Origin: Candidatus Micrarchaeota archaeon
GTDB lineage: Archaea; Micrarchaeota; Micrarchaeia; Anstonellales; Bilamarchaeaceae
Length of the DNA: 24,590 nucleotides
Reading direction: 5' to 3'
Assembly: GCA_043812915.1 (NCBI GenBank)
Contig: JBDRLQ010000013.1
Coordinates: forward strand, 1-24,590
Of the stretch, positions 14,951 to 24,580 are shown one piece after another. The notes below the pieces were generated by a model that made no database searches, was not told the origin of the DNA, and worked only from the letters and a program-made list of their open reading frames with translations. The first letter of the stretch is position 1, and every line of letters begins with the position of its first letter. The position numbers and the translations under genes were made by a program.

Positions 14951-16258
14951 ATGGCTATTTCACCATTCGAAGAAAGGTACAAAACCGGGATGAATGCTGT
15001 TTTTGACGACGGTAATAAGCTTCGGAAATGGATGGAAGTCGAGGTCGCCCTAGCAAAGGCCCATGCAAAGCTCGGCAACATACCTGAGGATGCCCCCGTC
15101 AGAATAGAGGCGGGCATGAAGAAGGTGAAGCTTGAGCGAATATTGGAGATAGAGGCCGAAATCCACCATGACCTGATGGCGATGGTAAAAGCTCTCACAG
15201 AGCAGTGCGGGGACGCTGGCAAGTACGTTCACCTGGGGGCTACCAGCTATGATATCGAGGATACGGCAACGGCCCTCCTCTTCCTAGAGGGAATCGCAAT
15301 TCTTGAGAAGAATATGCAGGTCCTTGGGAAAACCCTGAAGGGGCTGGCAAAAAAGCATAAGGCCCTCGTCTGCATAGGAAGGAGCCACGGACAGCACGCC
15401 GTCCCGACGACCTACGGCATGAAATTCGCGCTTTATTATCAGGAACTGCAAAGAAACCTGGCAAGGCTCAATGAGTGCAAGGCCCGAATCGGCGTCGGGA
15501 AGATGTCCGGCGCGGTCGGCACCATGGCTACTTTCGGGGGCCAGGGGCCGCAAATCCAGAAGCTCGTTATGGAGGAGCTGGGCCTCAAGCCTGCCAAGGT
15601 GACCACTCAGGTCATCCAGAGGGACAGGCACGCCGAGGTGCTATCGGTAATCGCCCTCTCCGGGTCCATGATTGATAAAATAGGAAAAGAGCTAAGAAAC
15701 CTCCAGAGGACAGAAATACTCGAGGTTGCAGAGGCTTTCGGGAAGAAGCAGGTGGGTTCCTCCACAATGCCTCACAAACGGAATCCCCACAAGAGCGAGA
15801 GGCTCTGCTCTCTTGCAAGGCTTCTCCGGGCAAACGTGATTGTCGCGATGGAGAACATACCGCTCGAGCATGAGAGGGATTTGACAAACAGCGCCAACGA
15901 ACGCGCTATTTTCGGGGAAAGCTTCGTGTGCCTGGACTACATGCTGCTCCAGTCCGACAAAATCCTCTCCGGGCTGGAATTCTTCCCTGAGAACATCCGG
16001 GCCAACCTCGAGAGGACAGGGGGGCTTATCATGGCCGAGCGCCTCATGATTGCCCTCACAAAGAAGGGCATGGGAAGGCAGGAGGCTCATGAGCTGATGA
16101 GGGAATTGGCGCACAGGGCCTTCGGGGAGAAGAGGCACCTCAAGGAACTTGTCCTGGAGGGGAAACTGCTGGAAGAGAAGGAGGCGGACGAGGTTTTCGA
16201 CTATTCCAGCTACATCGGGGAAGCAGAGCAGATTGTCGAGGAAGCGATAAAGGAATAG
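14951..16258 (+). CDS. purB: Adenylosuccinate lyase
   Basis: HHDLMA, VHLGATSYDI, GRSHGQHAVPTT, KMSGAVG, signature SSTMPHKRNP. Start placed at ATG 14951. Confidence 0.97.
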   Translation: MAISPFEERYKTGMNAVFDDGNKLRKWMEVEVALAKAHAKLGNIPEDAPVRIEAGMKKVKLERILEIEAEIHHDLMAMVKALTEQCGDAGKYVHLGATSYDIEDTATALLFLEGIAILEKNMQVLGKTLKGLAKKHKALVCIGRSHGQHAVPTTYGMKFALYYQELQRNLARLNECKARIGVGKMSGAVGTMATFGGQGPQIQKLVMEELGLKPAKVTTQVIQRDRHAEVLSVIALSGSMIDKIGKELRNLQRTEILEVAEAFGKKQVGSSTMPHKRNPHKSERLCSLARLLRANVIVAMENIPLEHERDLTNSANERAIFGESFVCLDYMLLQSDKILSGLEFFPENIRANLERTGGLIMAERLMIALTKKGMGRQEAHELMRELAHRAFGEKRHLKELVLEGKLLEEKEADEVFDYSSYIGEAEQIVEEAIKE

Positions 16259-16296
16259 CTTTTAAATATCCCCTTGATTATAACGTCTAAGAGTGA
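16259..16296 (+). promoter_or_regulatory. TATA box TTTAAATA (16261-16268) and SD-like GAGTGA for the membrane/ATPase operon
   Basis: Located directly after the purB stop, about 35-40 nt before ATG 16302. Confidence 0.55.
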
Positions 16297-16301
16297 TGTA
16301 G

Positions 16302-17111
16302 ATGACCGCGACCGCTGGTAAGAACTTCTTGTACGCTTCCCTGGCAATCGGCGCCCTCGGGCTTGTGCTCGTGCTTGCCATGGGCCAGTCTTTTGCGATT
16401 ATTGCTGGCCTGTTTGCCGGCATCGGATGCGCGATGGGGGTAGTTTTCTGGAAGTATGGATACCTGGTTGTTCCTCTGATAACCCAGAGAACCAGAATCG
16501 TTATGATGGACAGTGGGGGCTTTGAGATACCCCCATCCCAGGATGTGATTTTGAAGAACACTGGTGGTGTCTTCTATGCGTCTTCCTTCCTAGGGCTTAA
16601 GATTTTCGAATCAACTACCGAGAAGACTATGGATGAGAATCTCAATTATACCCAATATTTCGAGAGGGCAATCTCGAACCTTAAATACGTCACAAAGATC
16701 TCCTACCTCCTCTTCGTGGAGGATGTGGGTGAGAAGAGAAAGCTTATTGAGACAAAGAGAGCCGAGGCCATGCTCAGGCTCCAGAGGGAGCGTGACAAGA
16801 CAGATGCAGATTCCCTTAAGATGGACAAATTTGAGAGGGAGGTCGCACAGTGGGACGCCCAGCTCAACAGGCTCATCAAGGGCGTCAAGCCCATGGGGAT
16901 AATCGCCTATGCCATGACCACTGCGGTGGGAGTGAGCAAGGAAGCTGCGATTGCTGCTGCCAAATCACAGGCCAGCGAATTGCGCACGGTGCTCGCGAAC
17001 GCCCTCAACGTCGAGGTCGTCGGCCTGCAGGGAGACGAAATGCTCAAATGCTTCGAGTGGGAGAGGTTCTATCCGACCACGCCCCAGGAGCTTGAAGAGA
17101 GTGTGATTTGA
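16302..17111 (+). CDS. Membrane protein: two N-terminal TM helices plus alpha/beta domain with coiled-coil insert (possible VirB4 N-terminal-like partner)
   Basis: Hydrophobic aa ~9-50; charged helical hairpin aa ~140-190; abuts the ATPase gene. Confidence 0.75.
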   Translation: MTATAGKNFLYASLAIGALGLVLVLAMGQSFAIIAGLFAGIGCAMGVVFWKYGYLVVPLITQRTRIVMMDSGGFEIPPSQDVILKNTGGVFYASSFLGLKIFESTTEKTMDENLNYTQYFERAISNLKYVTKISYLLFVEDVGEKRKLIETKRAEAMLRLQRERDKTDADSLKMDKFEREVAQWDAQLNRLIKGVKPMGIIAYAMTTAVGVSKEAAIAAAKSQASELRTVLANALNVEVVGLQGDEMLKCFEWERFYPTTPQELEESVI

Positions 17112-17113
17112 AC

Positions 17114-18697
17114 ATGCCTCTTGGAGGACGGATTAAGCTTACGAAGGTTTCAAACCGGGATATTGCCAGGAGGGACATCCTTGTCCATCCTCCTGAGCCC
17201 CCGATGAGCGTCCTTTTTTCCGACCCGACCAATTCAATTTACGTCGGCCGGACCAGAATATTCAATGTCCCCTTCTACTGGACCTTTGAGAATGTTGCCA
17301 ACCCGCACATCGCGGTAGTGGGAATATCAGGTTCAGGAAAGAGCTATTTCATCAAGACCTTCCTTCTTCGGGCCGCCTATGTCTGGAACACCAATGCCCT
17401 CATAATCGACTGGGCAGGGGAATACAAGGACTGGGTAAGGGAGACCGGAGGAAAGGTCATCGGCCTAGGAAGAGGCTCATATCTCAATCTGCTGGACCTT
17501 GGAGGCATGAAGCCGTACGACAGGATTAAGCAGATTATGAGGACCCTTGAGCTTCTTACAGACATCCAGAATTATCCTGAGCAGAAGAGGCTCACCGAGC
17601 AGGCGATTGAAAAGGCATACATAGAGGCCAAGTACAGGATGGATGCCAGAGAGCAGAAGGACGAGCTCGGAAAGGGGCTTAGCCCCCCTACGCTCAAGGA
17701 TGTTGTCCGTGTTCTTAGCGAGCAGGCTTCGATGGGAACCTACGAGTTCCCAGCAGAGCTTGAAAACGCCATTTACAGATTAAGGCATTTCACCAAGCCA
17801 GGAGAGGATTTCTTTGCGCAGCAGAGCACCGTCCGGCTTGACGCCATCATCTCATCCGGCCTTGTGGATCTGGATTTGGCCGGGCTCCCTGACGAAACAT
17901 ACAGGGCACTGGCAGCTCTTACAATACTCCAGTTCATCAAGGAGAGGATGCGATTGGCCGGATGGGCGGAGACAAAAGGCATCAGGCTGCTCATCGTGCT
18001 GGATGAGGCCTGGAAAATCGCCAAGGAGGACAACTCTGACGCGGTGATGATTGTGAGGGAGGGCCGTAAGTACAACTTCGGCATGATTATCGCCTCCCAG
18101 AACCCGACGGACATCAGCGAGACAATCTTCTCTAACGTCGGTACAACTTTCGTGCTCAAGGTGAAATTCGAGAGGTTCCTTGATTATCTTCAGGGCTCCC
18201 TCAATTTCAGTGATTATATGCGGGACGAGATAAGCCGGCTCGGTGTCGGGCAGTGCGCGGTGAACATGTCGCTCACCCTGCCCACACCATATCCATCAAC
18301 CTTCCTAATCAGGAAGATAGAGGGTGAGGAGCCGACCAAGGAATACTTCCTTGACCTTGAGGCAGTCCTGACAACAACGCAGAAGAGGGATGTTTCCGTG
18401 GCACGCACCGTTTCATTTATGAGAGAAGATTTCAGGAGAAAACTGAGGCAGTATGGCCTTACTGATGAGAAGATTGAGGGCCTGACAAAGGCGTTCGATA
18501 AGGCGAACCGGCACATGGACGTGGTCTCATTCGTGATTATCCTGGAGAGGGACGGCATTGTGAGGAGGAACATCGGCGACTTCCTCAAGGATGCTGGCAT
18601 TGACGACATAACAATAATCAACATTTTCGGAAAAGTTGACCTCAAGAAAAGCGGCGGTGGCGGACGGGAGATTACCCAGGTCATCCTTGAGGATTAA
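17114..18697 (+). CDS. VirB4/HerA/FtsK-superfamily P-loop ATPase with C-terminal extension
   Basis: NPHIAVVGISGSGKS (Walker A), LIIDWAGEY, LLIVLDEAW (Walker B), REGRKYNFGMIIASQNPTD (Arg finger and Gln). Start ATG 17114 or TTG 17108. Confidence 0.92.
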   Translation: MPLGGRIKLTKVSNRDIARRDILVHPPEPPMSVLFSDPTNSIYVGRTRIFNVPFYWTFENVANPHIAVVGISGSGKSYFIKTFLLRAAYVWNTNALIIDWAGEYKDWVRETGGKVIGLGRGSYLNLLDLGGMKPYDRIKQIMRTLELLTDIQNYPEQKRLTEQAIEKAYIEAKYRMDAREQKDELGKGLSPPTLKDVVRVLSEQASMGTYEFPAELENAIYRLRHFTKPGEDFFAQQSTVRLDAIISSGLVDLDLAGLPDETYRALAALTILQFIKERMRLAGWAETKGIRLLIVLDEAWKIAKEDNSDAVMIVREGRKYNFGMIIASQNPTDISETIFSNVGTTFVLKVKFERFLDYLQGSLNFSDYMRDEISRLGVGQCAVNMSLTLPTPYPSTFLIRKIEGEEPTKEYFLDLEAVLTTTQKRDVSVARTVSFMREDFRRKLRQYGLTDEKIEGLTKAFDKANRHMDVVSFVIILERDGIVRRNIGDFLKDAGIDDITIINIFGKVDLKKSGGGGREITQVILED

Positions 18698-18710
18698 TCC
18701 GGTGCTTTAG

Positions 18711-19175
18711 ATGAAAATATGCATTGTGTGCCAGAAAGATGTCGCGGGTACCCGCGCCGTCCGGGTTAAGGAAGACAGAATTATCGGTGTAATTAGGAAA
18801 GTGAAGCGCACCCTCGGCATTGCAGCCAACAACGAGCTATATGTCTCCGAGGACTGCATCGACAAGCACAAGGAGCGCAGGCGCGCTTTCGAGAAGAGCA
18901 TGCTGTTCTTCGGGATACTTGCGGTGATAGTAGTCCTGCTGATGCTGTCAACAATCGTGATGTCCGGCAGGTTCGATATCGGAATCATCCTTTCCGCATT
19001 CCTTATCGGGGGCTTCATACTCCTCTTCGCGTTGATATTCAAGTACACCCCTGCCCTGGAGGGTGATGTCGCACAGCTCGTTCCAGGGGGCGCGCAGGAA
19101 GCGAAGGAGAAAAAGGAAACGAAGAAAGCAGTGGAGAAGCCGGCGAAGAGCGCCGCAGCCAAGAAGAAAAAATAG
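18711..19175 (+). CDS. Membrane protein with N-terminal CxxC motif, two TM helices and Lys-rich tail
   Basis: MKICIVCQ...SEDC; two hydrophobic stretches at aa ~64-110; GGTG SD upstream. Confidence 0.78.
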   Translation: MKICIVCQKDVAGTRAVRVKEDRIIGVIRKVKRTLGIAANNELYVSEDCIDKHKERRRAFEKSMLFFGILAVIVVLLMLSTIVMSGRFDIGIILSAFLIGGFILLFALIFKYTPALEGDVAQLVPGGAQEAKEKKETKKAVEKPAKSAAAKKKK

Positions 19176-19185
19176 GTGATACTAC

Positions 19186-19944
19186 ATGGCAGTACCTTCA
19201 GGAAAAAAGGGCGAGAAGCCCGCAGGGGATGAAATGCGGGAGCCGAAGGTGGACGGATTCAGAATCAGCGGGAAGCTGAAGGGAAGCTACAAGGCAATCG
19301 CCGCCACTTTGAGAACGATTTCGTTCCTGGAGGTTGCCCAGGAAAAGGAAGCTGTCAATGTGGTGTATACTGAGAGCAGGGACATCAACAAGAACCCCTA
19401 TCTGTTTTCAATCACCAGGATTGAGGATAATGAAGTGGAAGTGAAATACTCTATCCCCCAAGAGGTCTCCCCCAGGAAGAGGCGGGTGGATGTCATAAGG
19501 TATCTGCTCAATATCCTCAGCCTTGTGGAGAAGGATTATGCGGTAGATACTCGCGTGCTGTTTCAGCTCCTGGAGGGGGCGGTCAAGGAGCTTACGAGCT
19601 CCGTCACAATGGACTATTCCAAGCTCTATACCTCCTATGACTCAATCAAGAAGGAGGTTGAGGATATGCGGAAGAAGGTTGCGAGGCTGCAGGATCAGAA
19701 CAACGCGCTCACAACCCAGAATTATGAACTTAAGAGCACGAACGATGAGCTCAAGCTCAGGATAACCGAGCTGGAGGCGCTCTCAGACGACGCGCTCAAA
19801 TCCAAGCTCCAGGAATGGATTCTGGAGCACAACGGCTCTGTCAATGTATCTGACTTCATCCGCGTGCACAATGTTGCGGACTCGCGCGTCGAGTACATGC
19901 TTAACAAGCTCGTTAGCGAAGGCTACCTAGAGGTAGTGGAATAA
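19186..19944 (+). CDS. Coiled-coil protein with C-terminal winged-helix-like domain
   Basis: AGGTGA SD; heptad coil at aa ~148-200; WILEHNGSVNVSDF...VEYMLNKLVSEGYLE. Confidence 0.8.
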   Translation: MAVPSGKKGEKPAGDEMREPKVDGFRISGKLKGSYKAIAATLRTISFLEVAQEKEAVNVVYTESRDINKNPYLFSITRIEDNEVEVKYSIPQEVSPRKRRVDVIRYLLNILSLVEKDYAVDTRVLFQLLEGAVKELTSSVTMDYSKLYTSYDSIKKEVEDMRKKVARLQDQNNALTTQNYELKSTNDELKLRITELEALSDDALKSKLQEWILEHNGSVNVSDFIRVHNVADSRVEYMLNKLVSEGYLEVVE

Positions 19945-19956
19945 AGCCTAAGGCAA

Positions 19957-22539
19957 GTGTTTCCCATGGTTGACATTAGGGATGTAAAGATCCGGAAAAA
20001 AACCTATCATTTCGATGTCAAGAGACGTTACCAGAACGTGAAACACTATCTTGTTCACAAAAAAGGTGCGATGGACAAGCTGAAAGATGGCCTTAAGGGT
20101 GCATTCTCCCCAAAGCCGAAGGAGGAGCCCAAGAAGAAGGGCATAGGCACAACCGCCCCACCACCCTCTGGATTCAACCTCAAGATTCTGGGAGCCGCAA
20201 TCATGGTGGCCCTGCTCATAATCGGACTCGGATGGATGTACATATCCACAGCCTTCCTGAACTTCCGGCCAGGCGTTTTCGAGCCCCAGCTTGAGAAGCC
20301 GGTGATGGCGAACTGGATAACTGGCGGTGATGTGCTCACTGCCGGAGAGCGCAGCTACGGTGAGCACAGCGCGTTAATCTATGCAGACCTCTCATCATCC
20401 AGCGTTGAGTGGTACGCGGTCAATATAACCACTTATAAAGAGCGCCTCCCGTCAGAGGTTTTCATCCTTAAGGCGCATGTGGAGGAGGGCAGCACATACC
20501 CCACTTTCCTGAGGGAGCTGCGCACAATTCTCTCAAGAAAGCAGATAACGCTGAATGAGATTACTCTGGAGCAGCTCAAGACAATCCCAGGCAGCGCGAT
20601 GGTAATCGTGCCTACCGGTGTCGTTCCGCAGGAACTCCTGGGTGTCGGGAGCGAAACCAGTTTCAAGGACCTAATCGATAGGGGCGTGGTGTTCGTGTAT
20701 ATGGGCCAGCCTTTCTGGAAGATGTACAACGGCCAGTTCATAGTTTCCACCCCTCAGTATGTGCTGGATGCGCTGCCCGTCACATTCAATGAGGATGTGA
20801 ACCTCTTCTCAAGCGATAAATTCCACCTCTTCCAGCCCACATATCAGGCAACCCCCAAAGGTGGCGGCCTGAGCGGCCAGATGCTTTTCGGCTCCGTTTC
20901 AGTCCTTAAATCCAGCAGCGGCGCGTTCATATTCATCCCGCAGACTCTTGACGGCGGATGGAGGGGGGATGCCGCTCTTGCCGCGGCTGATATATCAATG
21001 TTTGTCTTTGATTATCCTTGGCTCTCCCCGAATTCCAATGAGAAGGAATACCAGTTCAATATCACCAGGGACTATTCCAATTCGATAATACTTTTCACGA
21101 ACCCGTTCGAGGGCACTGGGTGCTCGGTGAAGGCGGAATTCACAGGATACTCCTCGACATCCAAATACCCGCTCGAAGGAGTGCTAATAGCCCGCGTGGA
21201 AAAGGAGGCGGACGGGGAGCTCTATATTGAGGGCGGATACACGGTAGTTCCGACAAACATCACCAACACAAGGATAAGGATGAACGCCAGGCTGGACGAG
21301 CCTGAGCCAGCACAGCCAAATATGTACCTGGTTATGACCAATAACGAAAGGATGGAAGTTGCGCGCATCCCTCAGGGTACTGTGAATGTGCAGTCAGACA
21401 CCAACTTCGATGTCCCGATTTACCTTGAGCAGGGAGAATACATCGTCAGCCTTGTTGATGACGGAAGTCATACATACGCCGAATCATACATGGAAGTAGT
21501 CTCAATAGAGATTGCACGTGCTTCCCAGCGGGGCCTTGGCTCTTCGCAGTATGCCTTTGAATTCACCATGGGTAGGCAGCCCGTGATGCTTGAGGATGTG
21601 GTCGTTGAAATCGATGGGGGAAGGCTCGGAACCTACGAATACCATGACGTCTCATCAGTTGTTGTAGACATCTCAAAGTACACCGGCGGGGACCAGCTAC
21701 CTCTCGGAAACCACACATTCGAGTTCACGGCCGGCGGGCTGAAGAAAACGATTGCGATAGAGCGCAAGATTCCCCCGAGCCCTCTTACTGACCCATTGTT
21801 CCTGCTGGTCATCTTCCTGGCAGGCGGCATCGCGGTTGTGGGAATGTATTTCGCGAGGCAGGAGACCGTCTACTACTCGCTCGACATCCCTGACTTCCCT
21901 CCGATTGCAAGGACGAAGGTGCCTCTTTCCACCGATGTGGTCCTGAGCGTATTCGAGAAAGTGAATGAAGGATACAAGTGGAAGAACGTTCCGCTCACAA
22001 CCTCTGAAATCCGCAACGGCTTCAGCAACATCTTCTACCAGGGAAGGCCGATATACATCACAGACTATAATGTGGAGTACCTGCTCGACGAACTAATCAA
22101 GGAAAAGAAGGTCGGGCAGTTCCTTGACTACTACTGTCCGCTCTCCTGGGAGGGCAGGGCGAAGAAAAGCGTCCAGTACCTTGCCATGATGAGGAAGCTC
22201 CGTGACATCTGCGTGAACAATGCGGTCCCATTCACCGGGCTGAACGAATCAAATGTGGCTGACAGCGAAATAGAGGTTGTTGGTCAGCAGATGTACGTGC
22301 ACTTCTATGACAAGAGCAGGAACAGGGAGGAACTGTTCTCGAACGTTCTTTCGACCGTGGGCAAGGGAATCAGCATCATCCTGTTCAGGAATGAGGCGGA
22401 GAAGCACGATTTCAGTATGCTGCTCAATTCCCCGTTCAACGCACCGCTCGTTGTGAAGATGGAAACCGAGGGAAGCTCTGCACAGCTGCAGACTATCCCT
22501 GAATTCAATAAGATGCTGGTGGAGCTTAAATCAGTATAG
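19957..22539 (+). CDS. Large two-TM membrane protein with ~515-aa extracellular region and cytoplasmic C-terminal domain
   Basis: TM at aa ~77-97 and ~614-632; beta-rich Ig-like segments (YLEQGEYIVSLVD, LPLGNHTFEFTAG). Start GTG 19957 or ATG 19966. Confidence 0.82.
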   Translation: MFPMVDIRDVKIRKKTYHFDVKRRYQNVKHYLVHKKGAMDKLKDGLKGAFSPKPKEEPKKKGIGTTAPPPSGFNLKILGAAIMVALLIIGLGWMYISTAFLNFRPGVFEPQLEKPVMANWITGGDVLTAGERSYGEHSALIYADLSSSSVEWYAVNITTYKERLPSEVFILKAHVEEGSTYPTFLRELRTILSRKQITLNEITLEQLKTIPGSAMVIVPTGVVPQELLGVGSETSFKDLIDRGVVFVYMGQPFWKMYNGQFIVSTPQYVLDALPVTFNEDVNLFSSDKFHLFQPTYQATPKGGGLSGQMLFGSVSVLKSSSGAFIFIPQTLDGGWRGDAALAAADISMFVFDYPWLSPNSNEKEYQFNITRDYSNSIILFTNPFEGTGCSVKAEFTGYSSTSKYPLEGVLIARVEKEADGELYIEGGYTVVPTNITNTRIRMNARLDEPEPAQPNMYLVMTNNERMEVARIPQGTVNVQSDTNFDVPIYLEQGEYIVSLVDDGSHTYAESYMEVVSIEIARASQRGLGSSQYAFEFTMGRQPVMLEDVVVEIDGGRLGTYEYHDVSSVVVDISKYTGGDQLPLGNHTFEFTAGGLKKTIAIERKIPPSPLTDPLFLLVIFLAGGIAVVGMYFARQETVYYSLDIPDFPPIARTKVPLSTDVVLSVFEKVNEGYKWKNVPLTTSEIRNGFSNIFYQGRPIYITDYNVEYLLDELIKEKKVGQFLDYYCPLSWEGRAKKSVQYLAMMRKLRDICVNNAVPFTGLNESNVADSEIEVVGQQMYVHFYDKSRNREELFSNVLSTVGKGISIILFRNEAEKHDFSMLLNSPFNAPLVVKMETEGSSAQLQTIPEFNKMLVELKSV

Positions 22540-22561
22540 AAGAAAAATGGAAAGAAAGGCC

Positions 22562-23332
22562 CTACAGCCTTCTTTTTAAAATCTCATTCAGTTGCTCTGT
22601 CCACTTGTCATCCACATATTCAAGGCTCTTGTTGCAGCGTGAGCACTTGAAGGATGAGTCAGAAGCGGATTCGAAATCAACGACGCTTGGCACACCGCAT
22701 GCGGTGCAGAAATAGTATTCCATGTTGTCATCCTTTATAAGGCTGAAACGGTCGGCCTGGTTGTTTACCCACCTTTCCATCTTGTTTCTGTTCAGGGACC
22801 AGCTGTATGAATACCACCCGGTCTCATGATCTTTCTCACGGACATAGTTGACGATTCCCTCACTGTGCAGCCTGTTCAGGGTGGCTCTCACGTCGCTGAT
22901 TTTCATCTTCAGCTTCTTTGCGAGCTCCTCATCGCTCAGATTACCATAGAAGTTCTTGATGATTGTAAGCGCGTTCTCTCCGCCCAGGTCGATCAGCATC
23001 TGCCTGACTGCGGAATCTGAAAGGATAACGTTCACCTTGACCATCTCTGCCTTGATTTCCTTAAGTCTCCTGGCGATTTCCTGTTTTTTCAGCTCTTCCT
23101 TATCAGGCTTCTGTATCTTGATTTTCTTGGCGGGGGCTTTCACATTTGCCTTTTGCCTGACTGTCTTTGTGATGCCGTTGGCTGGCGCCGCCTTCTTTTT
23201 AGGGACCGCCTTCGCGTTATTCGTAGCTGCCCCCCTTGCTGGCCTTTTAGCAACTATCCTCTTCGATTCCTTCGCCTTTGCGACCGTTTTCCCTGCCTTT
23301 TTGTTTGTCTTTTTTCCACGATTAGTAACCAA
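22562..23332 (-). CDS. tfe: Transcription factor E alpha with Lys/Ala-rich N-terminal extension
   Basis: LSDEELAKKL...VRATLNRLH..GIV.Y...KD..TGWYSYSW winged helix; zinc ribbon CTAC...FKCSRC; TTG start preceded by AGGTGA. Confidence 0.92.
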   Translation of the reverse strand: MVTNRGKKTNKKAGKTVAKAKESKRIVAKRPARGAATNNAKAVPKKKAAPANGITKTVRQKANVKAPAKKIKIQKPDKEELKKQEIARRLKEIKAEMVKVNVILSDSAVRQMLIDLGGENALTIIKNFYGNLSDEELAKKLKMKISDVRATLNRLHSEGIVNYVREKDHETGWYSYSWSLNRNKMERWVNNQADRFSLIKDDNMEYYFCTACGVPSVVDFESASDSSFKCSRCNKSLEYVDDKWTEQLNEILKRRL

Positions 23333-23368
23333 CTGATCACCTGCGATAATGATTTAGAGCGATTTCCC

Positions 23369-23383
23369 TATATAAACCTTTTG
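23369..23383 (-). promoter_or_regulatory. tfe promoter: BRE plus TATA box TTTATATA
   Basis: Minus strand reads CAAAAGGTTTATATA about 37 nt upstream of the TTG start. Confidence 0.65.
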
Positions 23384-23410
23384 TTGCACACCGTAATTTA
23401 CGACTAATTA

Positions 23411-24580
23411 TCACTTATATTCCTTTTCAGAAACAAGCCTTTCATACAATTCAATTGTTTTATCCATGCATTTCTCAAGCGTATACTGCCTGGAAGTTGC
23501 CAGCGCGGCCTTCGCCATCCTTGCCCGCAGCTTGTCATCGGATATTATCTCCTTTATCTTCATAGCAAAAGCATGGGCATCCCCAGGCTCCACCACGAAC
23601 CCGTTCTTCCCGTCGATAAGTTCCTTTGCTCCCAGCCTGTTCACCCCCACTGCCGGCAGGCCGAAGGACATCGCCTCCACGAAAGTGAGACCGAACGTCT
23701 CAGAGCCGGAGGGAGATGCGAAGACATTGGCGGTTGAATATGCGGCCGATAGAATGTCATCCTCAACAAATCCGGCGAATACTACATTCTTCAGCCCAAA
23801 CACCCCCGCCATCTCCTTATACCTATCCAGCGAAGGACCGGAACCTACGATGAGCAGTGCCGTGCTGCCGTCGTCAAGCTCCCGGAAAGCCTCCAGCAGC
23901 ACTTCCAGCTGTTTCTCGAAGCTTATCCTGCCGGCATACAGCACAATCTTCTTTGCGCCGATTCCGAACTTCTCCCTGAGTGCCCCCCCATCACCCTTGA
24001 TGGAATGCATCTTCTTTATGTTCACGCCGTTCGGAAGGTAGACCACATTCTTTATCCCGTAGTCCGTCAGCTCCTTCACAAGCTCCTTTGTCGGCGCGGT
24101 GGATATGTCCACCTGGGAAAAGACCAGCTTTATCAGCTTCTTGGTGGTATAATCGCCAATCCCGCCAACAAGCCTGAACAGCTTCCCGCGCAGCAGGTGC
24201 GGCAGGTAATCCGGGAAATGGGTGTGGTAGGTCGCGATGATGGGGATTCTGCGCTTCTTTGCCGCTATCAGGCCATGCAGGCCCAGCACCACTGGCGCGT
24301 GGAGATGCACAAGATCCGGTTTCTCTTCCTTCAGTATCCGGTTTATCTCAAGCGGGGTTGTGCTGCTCACCCTATATCCCTCGTAGAACGGGAATGGGGT
24401 CGAGGGCACCCAGTAGATTCTGTAATTGCCATTAATCCGTTCCTCCCGCAGCTTTCCCTCGCCCGAGGCGAAAAGAATTACCTCGTGCTTTTCAGAAAGG
24501 GCTCTAAGGGCTTCGGAAAGAAAAACCACCACCCCGTTTTTCTGGGGGTGGAAACTGTCGGTAAAAACTGCAATTTTCAT
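23411..24580 (-). CDS. Family 4 (GT-B) glycosyltransferase
   Basis: MKIAVFTDSFHPQKNGV, ATYHT, PNGV, YAGRISFEK, ETFGLTFVEAMS (Ex7E). Confidence 0.94.
   Translation of the reverse strand: MKIAVFTDSFHPQKNGVVVFLSEALRALSEKHEVILFASGEGKLREERINGNYRIYWVPSTPFPFYEGYRVSSTTPLEINRILKEEKPDLVHLHAPVVLGLHGLIAAKKRRIPIIATYHTHFPDYLPHLLRGKLFRLVGGIGDYTTKKLIKLVFSQVDISTAPTKELVKELTDYGIKNVVYLPNGVNIKKMHSIKGDGGALREKFGIGAKKIVLYAGRISFEKQLEVLLEAFRELDDGSTALLIVGSGPSLDRYKEMAGVFGLKNVVFAGFVEDDILSAAYSTANVFASPSGSETFGLTFVEAMSFGLPAVGVNRLGAKELIDGKNGFVVEPGDAHAFAMKIKEIISDDKLRARMAKAALATSRQYTLEKCMDKTIELYERLVSEKEYK

Noticed and set aside
17114..18697. HerA of the HerA-NurA repair module or a HerA-type defence system
   Set aside because: No nurA, mre11, rad50 or Sir2/nuclease partner adjacent; the neighbours are membrane and coiled-coil proteins.
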